A DNA stretch of 64,000 nt from positions 13,938-77,937 of the forward strand of contig JAUSCZ010000014.1 of assembly GCA_030674475.1 (NCBI GenBank), in the 5' to 3' direction. Position 1 is the stretch's first letter; every line of letters starts with the position of its first letter. Shown in pieces: positions 38,879 to 48,403 of the stretch. Position numbers and translations under genes: made by a program. Origin of the DNA: Candidatus Omnitrophota bacterium (lineage in GTDB: Bacteria > Omnitrophota > Gorgyraeia > Gygaellales > UBA12090). The notes under the pieces are model-generated. The model saw only the letters and a program-made list of their open reading frames with translations. It was not told the origin of the DNA and made no database searches.

Positions 38879-39814
38879 ATGAATAAGACCGTTTTAGCGC
38901 TTATTTTTTTATTCAGTCTGAGTTTTACTCTGGACGCGGCCCAGAAAAGCATGCCTAAGAAAAACCAGACGCAATCCGAGGACTCTGACCAAAGGATAGA
39001 TGATTTCTCCCTTTCCGGCGGCAACCAAAGAGGAAAGAAGGCCTGGGAGGTTAAGGGAAAGTCTGCCGATATCTTTACCGATGTGGTCAAGCTTACCAGC
39101 GTAAACGCTAATGTCTACGGTGAGGAAGAGGATGTGAACTTGGTTGGAGATAAGGGCTCTTACGATAAGGCCAGCGGCAAGATGCACCTGGAGGATAATG
39201 TGGTAATTACTACTACCGGCGGCGGGAAGATGACTACCGATTATTTGGATTGGGATAAGGAGTCGCAAAGGGTGAGTACCGAGGCCATGGTGAATATTGA
39301 AAGACAGAATATTAAGGCCACGGCCAAGGGTTTGGAGGGTGAGCCTAATTTAAAAAGGATTTCTTTAAAAGATAATGTTAAGGTGGAAATTAGGGAGCAG
39401 GCCGAGGCGCTCATCGCGCCGCTGGCGCCTCTCGCTCCTCAGGCGGCCGCGGCGGATGAATCGAAAATTTCCGACCCTCTTTTTTCCGCCAAGGAACCGA
39501 CGATTATTACCTGCGCCGGACCCTTAGAAATAGATTATGAGAAAGAAATAGCGGTTTTCCATAATAATGTTATGGTGGATCAGAAGGACCAAGGGGTTAT
39601 GTATGCCGATAGGATGGACGCCTATTTTGATTTTAAGAACAAAAAGATTTTACGGATAATTTCTAAAGGCAACGTTAAAATTGTCAAGGATGAAAATACT
39701 TCTTACAGCGATGAGGCGTTGTATTCCGCCCAAGACGGTAAATTAACCTTAAGCGGAAATCCACGCTTAGTCATTAATTCCAAGGATAAAATACTCAACG
39801 CGTCGTCAGAGTAG
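38879..39814 (+). CDS. lptC: LptC-LptA-like fused LPS export protein
   Basis: N-terminal anchor and two beta-jellyroll-like regions; sits between kdsC and lptB. Confidence 0.75.
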   Translation: MNKTVLALIFLFSLSFTLDAAQKSMPKKNQTQSEDSDQRIDDFSLSGGNQRGKKAWEVKGKSADIFTDVVKLTSVNANVYGEEEDVNLVGDKGSYDKASGKMHLEDNVVITTTGGGKMTTDYLDWDKESQRVSTEAMVNIERQNIKATAKGLEGEPNLKRISLKDNVKVEIREQAEALIAPLAPLAPQAAAADESKISDPLFSAKEPTIITCAGPLEIDYEKEIAVFHNNVMVDQKDQGVMYADRMDAYFDFKNKKILRIISKGNVKIVKDENTSYSDEALYSAQDGKLTLSGNPRLVINSKDKILNASSE

Positions 39815-39832
39815 TTTTTATATAGGTTAAAA

Positions 39833-40555
39833 ATGCATCTACTGGAAACTAAAGGTTTAGAAAAATCTTACGGGGGCAGGAAGGTTGTCTGCGGGGTGGA
39901 CATCTTGGTCAAAAGGGGCGAGGTGGTCGGGCTCCTGGGCCCCAACGGCGCGGGCAAAACCACTACCTTTTATATGGTGGTGGGTATAGTCAAGCCGGAC
40001 AAGGGCAATGTGGTCTTTGACAATGAAGACATCACCGCTCTTCCTATTCATGAACGCAGCCGTTTAGGTATAGGTTACCTGGCTCAGGAAAGGTCGGTTT
40101 TCAGGAAGCTTAGCGTAGCGGAGAATATTATGGCCATACTGGAAACCCTGCCTTTAAGCCCGGGTCAGCGCAAAAAGAGGCTTGAGGAATTGTTAGCCGA
40201 ACTAAATATAGCTCATTTGGCCAAGTCTAAGGCCTATACCTTATCCGGAGGGGAGACCCGGCGCCTGGAGATTACCCGGGCCCTGGTTACCCGGCCGTCG
40301 TTTATCCTTCTGGATGAACCTTTTTCCGGAATTGATCCTATAGTTGTTTCCGAGGCCCAGGCTATAATCCGGGAGCTTAAGGTCAAGGGTTTAGGGGTAT
40401 TGGTTACTGACCATAATGTCCGGGAGACCCTGGCTATTACCGACCGGGCTTATTTAATCTCTGACGGAAAGATTTTGATTTCCGGCGGAGCCGATGACCT
40501 GATTAACAATCCTCAGGCCCGTTCTATTTATCTGGGTGAGAAGTTTAGGATGTGA
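39833..40555 (+). CDS. lptB: LPS export ABC transporter ATPase
   Basis: GPNGAGKTT, LSGGETRR, DEPFSG, TDHNVRETL and YLGEKF motifs. Confidence 0.97.
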   Translation: MHLLETKGLEKSYGGRKVVCGVDILVKRGEVVGLLGPNGAGKTTTFYMVVGIVKPDKGNVVFDNEDITALPIHERSRLGIGYLAQERSVFRKLSVAENIMAILETLPLSPGQRKKRLEELLAELNIAHLAKSKAYTLSGGETRRLEITRALVTRPSFILLDEPFSGIDPIVVSEAQAIIRELKVKGLGVLVTDHNVRETLAITDRAYLISDGKILISGGADDLINNPQARSIYLGEKFRM

Positions 40556-40558
40556 GAA

Positions 40559-40647
40559 CACGGATAGACACGGATAAAAGTACGGATTAACGCGGATAAA
40601 AAATCCGTGTCTATCTGTGTATTAAAAATCCGGGTTAATCCGTGTTT
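40559..40647. repeat. Inverted array CACGGAT.. x4 then ATCCGTG.. x4
   Basis: Seen directly. Confidence 0.85.
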
Positions 40648-40665
40648 ATAGTGAAAGGAAAATAA

Positions 40666-41541
40666 ATGAAGGTTGAAGCCAAAAAATTAGACGCGAGTAA
40701 AGTGCAGTTGGATATTGAAGTCCCTCAGGAGACAGTAAAAAAGAAATTTGAAGAGGTGTATGAAAAGGTGGGCAAGGAAGCCAGGATTCCCGGTTTTCGT
40801 CCGGGGAAGGCCCCTAAGGATATATTAGAGAAGCATCACGGCCGGCTGATTCAGGATGAGGTAATCAAAGGCCTTATTCCGGAAGCCTACCGGGGTTCAA
40901 TTGAGAAAGAAAAAATTGACGTGGTGGAAATGCCTGAGATAAGCCAGGTAAAATTAGAATCAAATATCCTCTCTTTCCGGGCGGTGGTTGAGGTAAAGCC
41001 CCAGATAGAGATCAAGGAGTATAAAAACATTAAGCTTAAATATAAAAAGATAGCTGTCGGGCCGCAAGAGATTGATAAGTCTTTAGACAGCTTTAAAGAA
41101 AGCCATAAGATATCCGCTCTTGACGATAAATTTGCCAAAGGCTTAGGCTATAAGACATTAGCTGATATGCGCGCGTCTATCGAGCGCAGGCTCCTGACCC
41201 AAAAAGAGGATGAATTGAGGCGTCAACTTCAAGATGACCTGCTTAAGCAGATTTTAGATAAGGCGCGCTTTAGGGTTCCTCCGTCTTTGATTGCCCAGCG
41301 TTTGGAAGAATTAGTAAAGGATGCCAAGGTTCAGCTGGCCATCAGGCAGGTGCCCAGGGAGCAGATTGCCTCTCACGATGAGAAATTAAGAAAAGAGCTC
41401 TTGCCCGAAGCTGAGACGCAGGTCAAGACATTTTTGGTTTTAGAAGAAATAGCCAAAAAGGAAAACATAACCGATGCCGAGCATTTGACTCAAAGGACAA
41501 TTGAGTTTTTGTTAAGCGAAGCTAATTGGATTGAAGAATAA
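40666..41541 (+). CDS. tig: Trigger factor, short form apparently lacking the FKBP PPIase domain
   Basis: [10 protein letters not shown] ribosome-binding motif; 291 aa; upstream of clpP. Confidence 0.85.
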   Translation: MKVEAKKLDASKVQLDIEVPQETVKKKFEEVYEKVGKEARIPGFRPGKAPKDILEKHHGRLIQDEVIKGLIPEAYRGSIEKEKIDVVEMPEISQVKLESNILSFRAVVEVKPQIEIKEYKNIKLKYKKIAVGPQEIDKSLDSFKESHKISALDDKFAKGLGYKTLADMRASIERRLLTQKEDELRRQLQDDLLKQILDKARFRVPPSLIAQRLEELVKDAKVQLAIRQVPREQIASHDEKLRKELLPEAETQVKTFLVLEEIAKKENITDAEHLTQRTIEFLLSEANWIEE

Positions 41542-41544
41542 AAG

Positions 41545-41584
41545 AGCTTTCAGCCTTCAGCAGAAAGCAGAAAGCAGAAAGCTG
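41545..41584. repeat. Inverted heptamer array (CTTTCAG then CAGAAAG x3)
   Basis: Seen directly. Confidence 0.8.
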
Positions 41585-41606
41585 TTTAACGGAGGAGGAC
41601 ATTAAG

Positions 41607-42212
41607 ATGTATATAAAAGCGCAGACATTGGTTCCGATGGTGGTAGAGCAGACCTCTAAGGGTTTTGAGCGGGCTTATGATATATTCTCCCGTCTGCTTA
41701 AAGACAGGATTGTGTTTATCGGCACCCCGATTGACGATACCGTGGCTAATTTGGTCATCGCCCAACTGCTTTTTCTGCAGATGGAGGATGTCAATAAAGA
41801 AATCAGTATTTATATTAATTCACCCGGAGGCTCGGTAACCGCGGGTATGGCAATTTATGATACGATACAGTTTGTAAAATGCGATGTGTCTACTTATTGC
41901 GTTGGCCAGGCCGCCAGCATGGCCGCGCTTTTACTTTGCGCCGGAAGCAAGGGGAAACGTTTCTGCCTGCCTAATTCCCGGGTTATGATTCATCAGCCCT
42001 GGGGAGGGGTGCAGGGCCAGGCCTCGGATATTTCAATTCAGGCCAAGGAGATACTCCGCCTTCGGGACCGGATAAATGAGATTTTATCCCACCATACCGG
42101 CCAATCTCTGGAGAAAATCCAAAAAGACACTGATCGGGATTTCTTTATGTCCGGAGAAGAATCTAAGGCCTATGGATTGGTGGATGAAGTGGTTGCCGGA
42201 AAGAAGAAATAA
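41607..42212 (+). CDS. clpP: ATP-dependent Clp protease proteolytic subunit
   Basis: [28 protein letters not shown] and DTDRD motifs. Confidence 0.98.
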   Translation: MYIKAQTLVPMVVEQTSKGFERAYDIFSRLLKDRIVFIGTPIDDTVANLVIAQLLFLQMEDVNKEISIYINSPGGSVTAGMAIYDTIQFVKCDVSTYCVGQAASMAALLLCAGSKGKRFCLPNSRVMIHQPWGGVQGQASDISIQAKEILRLRDRINEILSHHTGQSLEKIQKDTDRDFFMSGEESKAYGLVDEVVAGKKK

Positions 42213-42220
42213 ACATCACT

Positions 42221-42282
42221 GTAGGGGCGAACCTGTGTGTTCGCCCGAATAACAGCGGGCAGACACGTAGGTCTGCCCCTAC
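42221..42282. repeat. REPIN-like doublet of inverted GTAG-REPs
   Basis: GTAGGGGCGAACCTGTGTGTTCGCCC...GGGCAGACACGTAGGTCTGCCCCTAC. Confidence 0.85.
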
Positions 42283-42301
42283 ACACGAGGTAGAATATCC
42301 T

Positions 42302-43447
42302 ATGAAGAAAAATTATTTGTTGACGCCGGGTCCAACGCCATTACCGCCTCAGGTGCGCGAGGCCCTGGCTAAGCCGATAATCCATCACCGCACCCCGCAA
42401 TTTCAGGCTATCCTCAAGGAAGCGGTAGAGGGATTAAAGTATGTCTTTCAGACTAAGTCCGAGGTGTTTATTTTATCTTCTTCCGGCACCGGGGCAATGG
42501 AGGCGGCTGTGGCCAATCTGTTGACTTGCGGCGATAGCGCGATAATCATTGAGGGCGGTAAATTCGGAGAGAGATGGACGGAGTTGTGTCAGGCTTATGG
42601 AATAAAACCTGAGGTGATTAAGGTTGCCTGGGGCAAGGTTTTTAATATTGAGGAGTTGAAGGATAAATTAAAGTCCTCTCCGGCTAAGGTGGTATTTGCC
42701 ACTCTTTGCGAGACCTCTACCGGAGTTGACTTTGATATAAAGGCAATCGCTCACGCGGTAAAAAATAGCGCCGCGGTTTTGGCGGTGGATGCTATTAGCG
42801 GCTTAGGGGTGGTGGATTTGAAGACCGATGAATGGGGGGTGGATGTAGTAGTAAGCGGCTCGCAAAAGGGCCTGATGCTTCCTCCGGGCCTGGGTTTTAT
42901 CAGCGTGAGTGGTGAAAAAGCCTGGAAGCTGATTAATCAATCCAGGAGTCCGCGCTATTATTTTGACTTGCGTTTAGCTAAAGGCGCCTGGGAGCAAACT
43001 GATACCCCTTTTACTACATCAGTATCCTTGGTGGTGGCTTTAAACGCCGCCTTAAAGATGATTAAGGAAGAAGGCTTAGAGAATGTCTTTAAACGCTGTA
43101 GCAAATTAGCTCAAGGGATAAGAAGCGCGGCTAAGGCCTTGGGATTGAAACTTTTCGCGGATGAGGGGTGTTCTTCGCGCGCCATTACTGCCGTGAATGT
43201 TCCCGCGGGCGTAGACGGTGAAAAATTAGTTAAGACCATGCGCGATGCGCATGGAGTAACCATCGCCGGGGGCCAGGCTGAGCTTAAGGGAAAGGCCTTT
43301 CGGATTGCTTCAATGGGCTATCTTAATGAATTTGATATAATTTTAGCTCTCTCTTGTCTGGAGAAGGTTTTACATCAGATGGGCTATAAATTTGAACTGG
43401 GCTCGGGCCTGAAAGCCGCCCAAGAGGTGTTTCTAATTGAAAATTAA
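42302..43447 (+). CDS. Class V aminotransferase (serine-pyruvate/phosphoserine type)
   Basis: LTPGP, HHR, SGTGAME, DAIS and GSQKGLMLPPG motifs; next to serA. Confidence 0.92.
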   Translation: MKKNYLLTPGPTPLPPQVREALAKPIIHHRTPQFQAILKEAVEGLKYVFQTKSEVFILSSSGTGAMEAAVANLLTCGDSAIIIEGGKFGERWTELCQAYGIKPEVIKVAWGKVFNIEELKDKLKSSPAKVVFATLCETSTGVDFDIKAIAHAVKNSAAVLAVDAISGLGVVDLKTDEWGVDVVVSGSQKGLMLPPGLGFISVSGEKAWKLINQSRSPRYYFDLRLAKGAWEQTDTPFTTSVSLVVALNAALKMIKEEGLENVFKRCSKLAQGIRSAAKALGLKLFADEGCSSRAITAVNVPAGVDGEKLVKTMRDAHGVTIAGGQAELKGKAFRIASMGYLNEFDIILALSCLEKVLHQMGYKFELGSGLKAAQEVFLIEN

Positions 43448-43459
43448 GCGAGGAATAAG

Positions 43460-45046
43460 ATGATTAAGATATTGGTTAGCGACAATTTGTCTGAAGAAGG
43501 ATTAAAGATACTTAAAGAGGTAAAAGGCTTTGAGGTTGAGGTTAAGACTGAACTTAAGCCGGATGAGCTTAAGGCGATAATTAAGGATTACGAGGCTTTG
43601 ATAGTGCGCTCAGCCACCAAAGTTACCAGGGATATTATTCAGTCCGGGACTAAGCTTAAGGTTATCGGCCGGGCCGGAGTAGGTTTGGATAATGTAGATC
43701 TGGAAGCCGCTACCAATAGAGGCATTATCGTGATGAATACTCCGGGAGGAAATACTATCTCTACCGCTGAACATACTATGAGTATGCTTTTGGCTCTTTC
43801 CAGGAATATCCCCACTGCCGACCATTCTTTAAAATCCGGAGAGTGGAAGCGCTCCAAGTTTATGGGGGTTGAGCTTTATGGAAAGACTTTAGGTATTTTG
43901 GGCTTAGGGAGGATTGGCAAAGAGGTTTCTAAGCGGGCGCTTTCTTTCGGGATGAAGGTGATTGCCTATGACCCGTTTTTATCCATAGAGGTAGTTAATC
44001 AATTAGGGATAGAGGTGGTGGATTTAGGGCAGTTATTTAAGGACTCGGATTTTATTAGCGTGCATAGCCCGCTTACTGAGGAGACCCGGCATATCATCTC
44101 GGATAAGGAAATAGCCTTGATGAAGCCCGGGGTGCGTTTGATTAACTGCGCCCGGGGCGGGATAATTGATGAGGCGGCTCTTCTGAGAGGTTTAGAATCC
44201 GGTAAGGTAGCCGGGGCGGCCTTGGATGTTTTTGAACAGGAACCGCCGGATTTTTCTTCGGCCTTGCTCAAGCATAAAAATGTGGTGATCACCCCGCATT
44301 TAGGCGCCTCTACCGAGGAGGCCCAGGTGAATGTGGCGGTTGAGGTAGCTTTGTCAGTGCGGGATGCCCTTTTAAACAAGGGTATCCGTAATGCCGCTAA
44401 CTTTCCCTGCCTGGCAGCGGAAGTCTGTCAGCTCTTACAGCCTTATATAACCTTGAGCGAAAAGCTGGGTATGTTGGCCGGACAGCTCTTTGAAGGCAGG
44501 ATATCCGAGCTTAAAATAAGCTATACCGGTGAGATAATTAAAAACGATCTTAGCCCCCTGACCATGGCCATTATTAAGGGAATTTTGACTCCGGTGCTCC
44601 AGGAGACAGTCAATTATATCAATGCCAAAAATTTAGCTAAAGAGCGGGGGATAAAGGTGTTGGAATCCAAGACTGAGAGGGAAGAGGATTTTACCAATCT
44701 CATTCTTTTAGAGGTAACTATTGAAGGAAAGCGCTATAGCGTTGCCGGTACTCTCTTTACCAATAATGAGCCGCGCATCGTTAATGTGAATGGTTTGTAT
44801 GTGGAAACTATACCCAAGGGCTATATGTTGTTTCTGGAGAATTGGGATAAGCCGGGAGTAATCGGAGGCCTGGGAACACTCTTAGGCGGTAATGGAATTA
44901 ATATCGCCGGAATGACTTTCGGAAGAGATAAGCCGGGCGGAAAGGCAGTCTCGGCCTTAAATATTGACAGCCCGGTCTCAGCTAAGGTCTTAGATGAGAT
45001 AAGAAAGTTAGAAAATATTCTTTCGGTGAAACTGGTGAAGCTGTAG
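43460..45046 (+). CDS. serA: D-3-phosphoglycerate dehydrogenase with ASB/ACT domains
   Basis: GRAGVGLDNVD, GLGRIG, NCARGG and TPHLGAST motifs. Confidence 0.97.
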   Translation: MIKILVSDNLSEEGLKILKEVKGFEVEVKTELKPDELKAIIKDYEALIVRSATKVTRDIIQSGTKLKVIGRAGVGLDNVDLEAATNRGIIVMNTPGGNTISTAEHTMSMLLALSRNIPTADHSLKSGEWKRSKFMGVELYGKTLGILGLGRIGKEVSKRALSFGMKVIAYDPFLSIEVVNQLGIEVVDLGQLFKDSDFISVHSPLTEETRHIISDKEIALMKPGVRLINCARGGIIDEAALLRGLESGKVAGAALDVFEQEPPDFSSALLKHKNVVITPHLGASTEEAQVNVAVEVALSVRDALLNKGIRNAANFPCLAAEVCQLLQPYITLSEKLGMLAGQLFEGRISELKISYTGEIIKNDLSPLTMAIIKGILTPVLQETVNYINAKNLAKERGIKVLESKTEREEDFTNLILLEVTIEGKRYSVAGTLFTNNEPRIVNVNGLYVETIPKGYMLFLENWDKPGVIGGLGTLLGGNGINIAGMTFGRDKPGGKAVSALNIDSPVSAKVLDEIRKLENILSVKLVKL

Positions 45047-45065
45047 ATTAACTTTATATCTTGAC

Positions 45066-45235
45066 TGTCCAAATTAGCCATTACGTTGTCATTCCCGCAA
45101 TCTTTTGGCGGGAATCCACGACGATAGAAAAACCTGCCTGCCTGCCGGTAGGCAGGGATGCCCGCCTTCGCGGGCATGACAATTTTGGAATCTCAAAATA
45201 ATTTCGTCGTCGGTATTCATTGGTTAATTTGGACA
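45066..45235. mobile_element. MITE-like element with 15-bp terminal inverted repeats enclosing a dRS3-like pair and a 20-bp palindrome (45137-45156)
   Basis: TGTCCAAATTAGCCA / TGGTTAATTTGGACA ends; internal GTCATTCCCGC..GGGAATCC and GCCCGCCTTCGCGGGCATGAC. Confidence 0.7.
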
Positions 45236-45238
45236 TAA

Positions 45239-46414
45239 GTGACTTTATATCTTAAATCAATGGCGAAATCCTTAAAAGTTCTTTGGTTCTTCGGTTTTTT
45301 AGTCCTGGGGTTGATTACTACCTCTTACGCCGAGCAGAAAATCAATCTGCCCGCGGGCCGGGAATATGATTTAGGAAATTTAGAGGAGGGTGAACTTTAT
45401 CAGCGCGATTTTACCATAGCCAATTCCGGGGATAAACCATTAGAGGTGAAGGTGGTTCGGGTGGGCTGCGGCTGTACCACTATCCTTTATCCTAAGAAAA
45501 GATTAGAGATTGCTCCGGGTGAGTCCATTGAGGCCAAATTCAGCTATAATACCGAAGGCATGGAAGGTGAGGAGATAAAGTATATCTATATTGAGTCCAA
45601 TGATCCGAATACGCCTTTATTAAAACTTAAATTGATTGCCCAGGTTCAAAGAAAACAGTCCGCGGCAATCAAACGTTTTCTTTCCTGGGGGCTTCTTACA
45701 GTAGTGGGGGCAGGTTTGATTGACGGGATTAATCCTTGCGCCTTTACCGTGTTGGTATTTTTTATCTCTTTCTTAAATTTCGTAGGTTACCGTAAAAGAG
45801 AGCTTTTAGTTCTGGGGATGGTCTTTATCTTCGCGGTATTCCTTACGTATATCCTGCTGGGTTTAGGGTTGTTTAAGTTTATCCAATCCCTGGAAGCGTT
45901 TACCTGGTTCTCTAAGATTATTTATTTAGGCACCGCCTCTTTGGCTATAATTTTAGGGATATACAGTCTTTATGACTGCTATATCTACCGCAAGACTGGT
46001 AATCCCGAAGACGTAAAACTAAGGCTTCCGGATTTTATTAAGCAAAAGATTCATAAAACCATTCAGAGCGCCTCGCGTAACAAGAAGAAGGCGCTGACAG
46101 AGCTGGCCGGGGCGGTATTTTTAAGCGGTTTTATCGTTTCTCTCCTGGAGTCGGTTTGCACCGGGCAGACCTATATCCCGACCATTGCCTACGTGTTCAA
46201 GGAACCGGGTTTAAGGATACACGCGCTGGGATATCTGGTTTTGTATAATCTGATGTTTATTCTGCCCCTGGTAATTATTCTGATCGCGGGATTAGCCGGT
46301 GTCGGCTCAGAGGTATTTTCCAGGTTGGCGCGAAAACATTTAGGGACAGTGAAGCTGTTGACCGCGGTTTTATTTTTTCTCCTGGGAATACTTTTATTTA
46401 TCGCAAAAGGGTAG
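45239..46414 (+). CDS. DUF1573 Ig-like domain plus CcdA/DsbD-like transmembrane protein
   Basis: GCGCT, DGINPCAF and LESVCTGQTY motifs with multiple transmembrane helices. Confidence 0.8.
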   Translation: MTLYLKSMAKSLKVLWFFGFLVLGLITTSYAEQKINLPAGREYDLGNLEEGELYQRDFTIANSGDKPLEVKVVRVGCGCTTILYPKKRLEIAPGESIEAKFSYNTEGMEGEEIKYIYIESNDPNTPLLKLKLIAQVQRKQSAAIKRFLSWGLLTVVGAGLIDGINPCAFTVLVFFISFLNFVGYRKRELLVLGMVFIFAVFLTYILLGLGLFKFIQSLEAFTWFSKIIYLGTASLAIILGIYSLYDCYIYRKTGNPEDVKLRLPDFIKQKIHKTIQSASRNKKKALTELAGAVFLSGFIVSLLESVCTGQTYIPTIAYVFKEPGLRIHALGYLVLYNLMFILPLVIILIAGLAGVGSEVFSRLARKHLGTVKLLTAVLFFLLGILLFIAKG

Positions 46415-46422
46415 TTTTAAAA

Positions 46423-48222
46423 ATGACAGCGAGAAATCAGAAGCTAATAAAAATTTCTTTACTGGTTACTGGTTACTGGTTACTTTTCTCCGCGCATTGT
46501 TTCGCTGAAAAGATAACCATCCTTTACACCGGGTCAACCCATGCCGCGCTCTATCATTGTGATTGTCCGGTTCAGCCGGACGGCGGAGTGGGCCGGAGAA
46601 TGGCTAAAGTCAAAGAGCTGCGCGATAAGAATCCTAATGTTATTTTGGTAGACGCGGGAGGATTCTTTGCCGGCGGGGAGCCGGATGAACACAGCCAAGG
46701 CGTCCAATTAGATAAAACGCGCACCGAAATCAACCTGAAGGCCCTTGAGCTTATGGGCTATGACGCCGTGGCTGTCGGTGATGATGAATTTAACTTTGGC
46801 CGGGATTATTTATCCGCTCAAATCAAAAAATCAAAGATTGCCTTTTTATCCTGCAACTTGAAGATGGATGGCCTGAAGCCTTATCTGATTAAAAAAGTGT
46901 CTGGCCTTAACGTCGCTCTTATCGGCTTAACCAATCCTCAAACCAAGGCTAAGTCGGACGGATTGGAAGTAGAGGACCCCTATCAGGCCTTAGCCAGAAC
47001 TATTTCTGAGGTCAAGACAAATAAGGCTGATCTGGTGGTAGTTTTAAGTTATCTGGGGGAAGAAGAAGATACTAAGTTGATTACCCAGATTGACGGTGTG
47101 GATGTTATTGTCTCTGCCAGGCCTCAGGACAGTAAAGAGCCTTTCAGCAAAATCGGCAAAGGTATCCTGGTCCGGGCCTCCTGGCAGGGAAGGCATTTAG
47201 GAAAATTGAATATGGAGTTGGAGAATAAGAAGATAAAAGAAACCAAAGTAGAAGATATCCGTCTATCTAATGAAATAGCCGATTGGCCCCAGCTAAAAAA
47301 ACAAGTGCCGGCCTGTTTTGAGGATTCCGCCTGCCGTAAGGAGGGCTTAATCGGTAAATGCCTTAATCCCGGCAAGATCAACTCTTCTTGCGGTTATGAG
47401 AAACCCAAACAGATTTCTCTTTTGGTTATCCAGCCCAAAGATATAAAAGACGTTCAGCAGGAAAAATTTTTAAGCTTCTTAAGGAAGCTTTTTCCGGGAT
47501 TACAGGTTAATTTTGTTGATTCTGATTCCGCGGCTGGTAAATCCTGGATAGTAAGAACTCAGGCCAAGCTTTTGCCGGTGTATCTGATTGCCAAGGAGGC
47601 GGATACGCAAGGGGAATTCAAGGATATCAAGGATTTTGCCGAGCTAAAAGATGATTATTATTGTCTAAGCCCGCGGCTTTCCGGCGGCCTGATATTCATT
47701 GGCCGGCCCAGGATAGCCCATACCTTAGATGTCTTTATGGGAACTAAAGGCAATAAAGGCTCAGAGGTCTTATCCTTGTTAAGAGACCTCCGGGCCGGGC
47801 ATAAAGAATTAGGTATTAAACTGCATTATCTGGCAATTGAGACTCAAAATGGTTTCGCCGCCCCCGGCGGCATAGCGGAATTAGAAGAAGATATGAGGCA
47901 GGTTTGCCTCGGTAAATATCAGCCGGATAAGCTCTGGGATTACGCTTTGTGCCGTTTCAAAAATCAGGATAGTTCCTGGTGGGAGGTGTGCGCCGAGCAG
48001 TTTGGGATTAACCCGACAGCGATCAAGAAATGCGCTCTTTCCCAGGAAGGGTTGGATTTGTTACGAGAAAACATTGGATTGAATAAAGAGCTGGAAATAT
48101 CCATCGGGCCGGTGTTTTTGGTGAATAATAATGAGGTATACGCGGCTAAAAATTTCAGCCGGGTTGAGGAGTTGGAAAAACTCCTGGGTTTAGTCGGCCA
48201 TATAGAAAAAAATAAGGATTAA
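46423..48222 (+). CDS. Secreted UshA/5'-nucleotidase-like metallophosphoesterase domain plus Cys-rich and DsbA-like regions
   Basis: HCDC...GG, VDAG, MGYDA and LSCN motifs; C-terminal Cys-rich region. Confidence 0.7.
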   Translation: MTARNQKLIKISLLVTGYWLLFSAHCFAEKITILYTGSTHAALYHCDCPVQPDGGVGRRMAKVKELRDKNPNVILVDAGGFFAGGEPDEHSQGVQLDKTRTEINLKALELMGYDAVAVGDDEFNFGRDYLSAQIKKSKIAFLSCNLKMDGLKPYLIKKVSGLNVALIGLTNPQTKAKSDGLEVEDPYQALARTISEVKTNKADLVVVLSYLGEEEDTKLITQIDGVDVIVSARPQDSKEPFSKIGKGILVRASWQGRHLGKLNMELENKKIKETKVEDIRLSNEIADWPQLKKQVPACFEDSACRKEGLIGKCLNPGKINSSCGYEKPKQISLLVIQPKDIKDVQQEKFLSFLRKLFPGLQVNFVDSDSAAGKSWIVRTQAKLLPVYLIAKEADTQGEFKDIKDFAELKDDYYCLSPRLSGGLIFIGRPRIAHTLDVFMGTKGNKGSEVLSLLRDLRAGHKELGIKLHYLAIETQNGFAAPGGIAELEEDMRQVCLGKYQPDKLWDYALCRFKNQDSSWWEVCAEQFGINPTAIKKCALSQEGLDLLRENIGLNKELEISIGPVFLVNNNEVYAAKNFSRVEELEKLLGLVGHIEKNKD

Positions 48223-48226
48223 CCTG

Positions 48227-48374
48227 AGACTGTTGCAAAATGTCTAAAAATGTCATTCCCGCGAAAGCGGCCTGCCTGCCGGTAGGCAGGGAATCCATAA
48301 CCCTAATAAAATCAATATGTTTGGATTGCCCAGTCAAGCCGGGCAATGACAAAAATGGAGTTTTGCAACAGCCT
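48227..48374. mobile_element. MITE-like element with terminal inverted repeats, a dRS3-like pair and a 20-bp palindrome (48271-48290)
   Basis: AGACTGTTGCAAAA / TTTTGCAACAGCCT ends; internal ATTCCCGCGAAAGCGG|GAAT. Confidence 0.75.
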
Positions 48375-48403
48375 GAAGGCGGAATTATTTAAGAGGTGAG
48401 AAA

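Noticed and set aside
39400-39460. Repeat-derived insert in lptC (APLAPLAPQAAAA)
   Set aside because: It matches no other repeat in the window and is better explained as a low-complexity linker.
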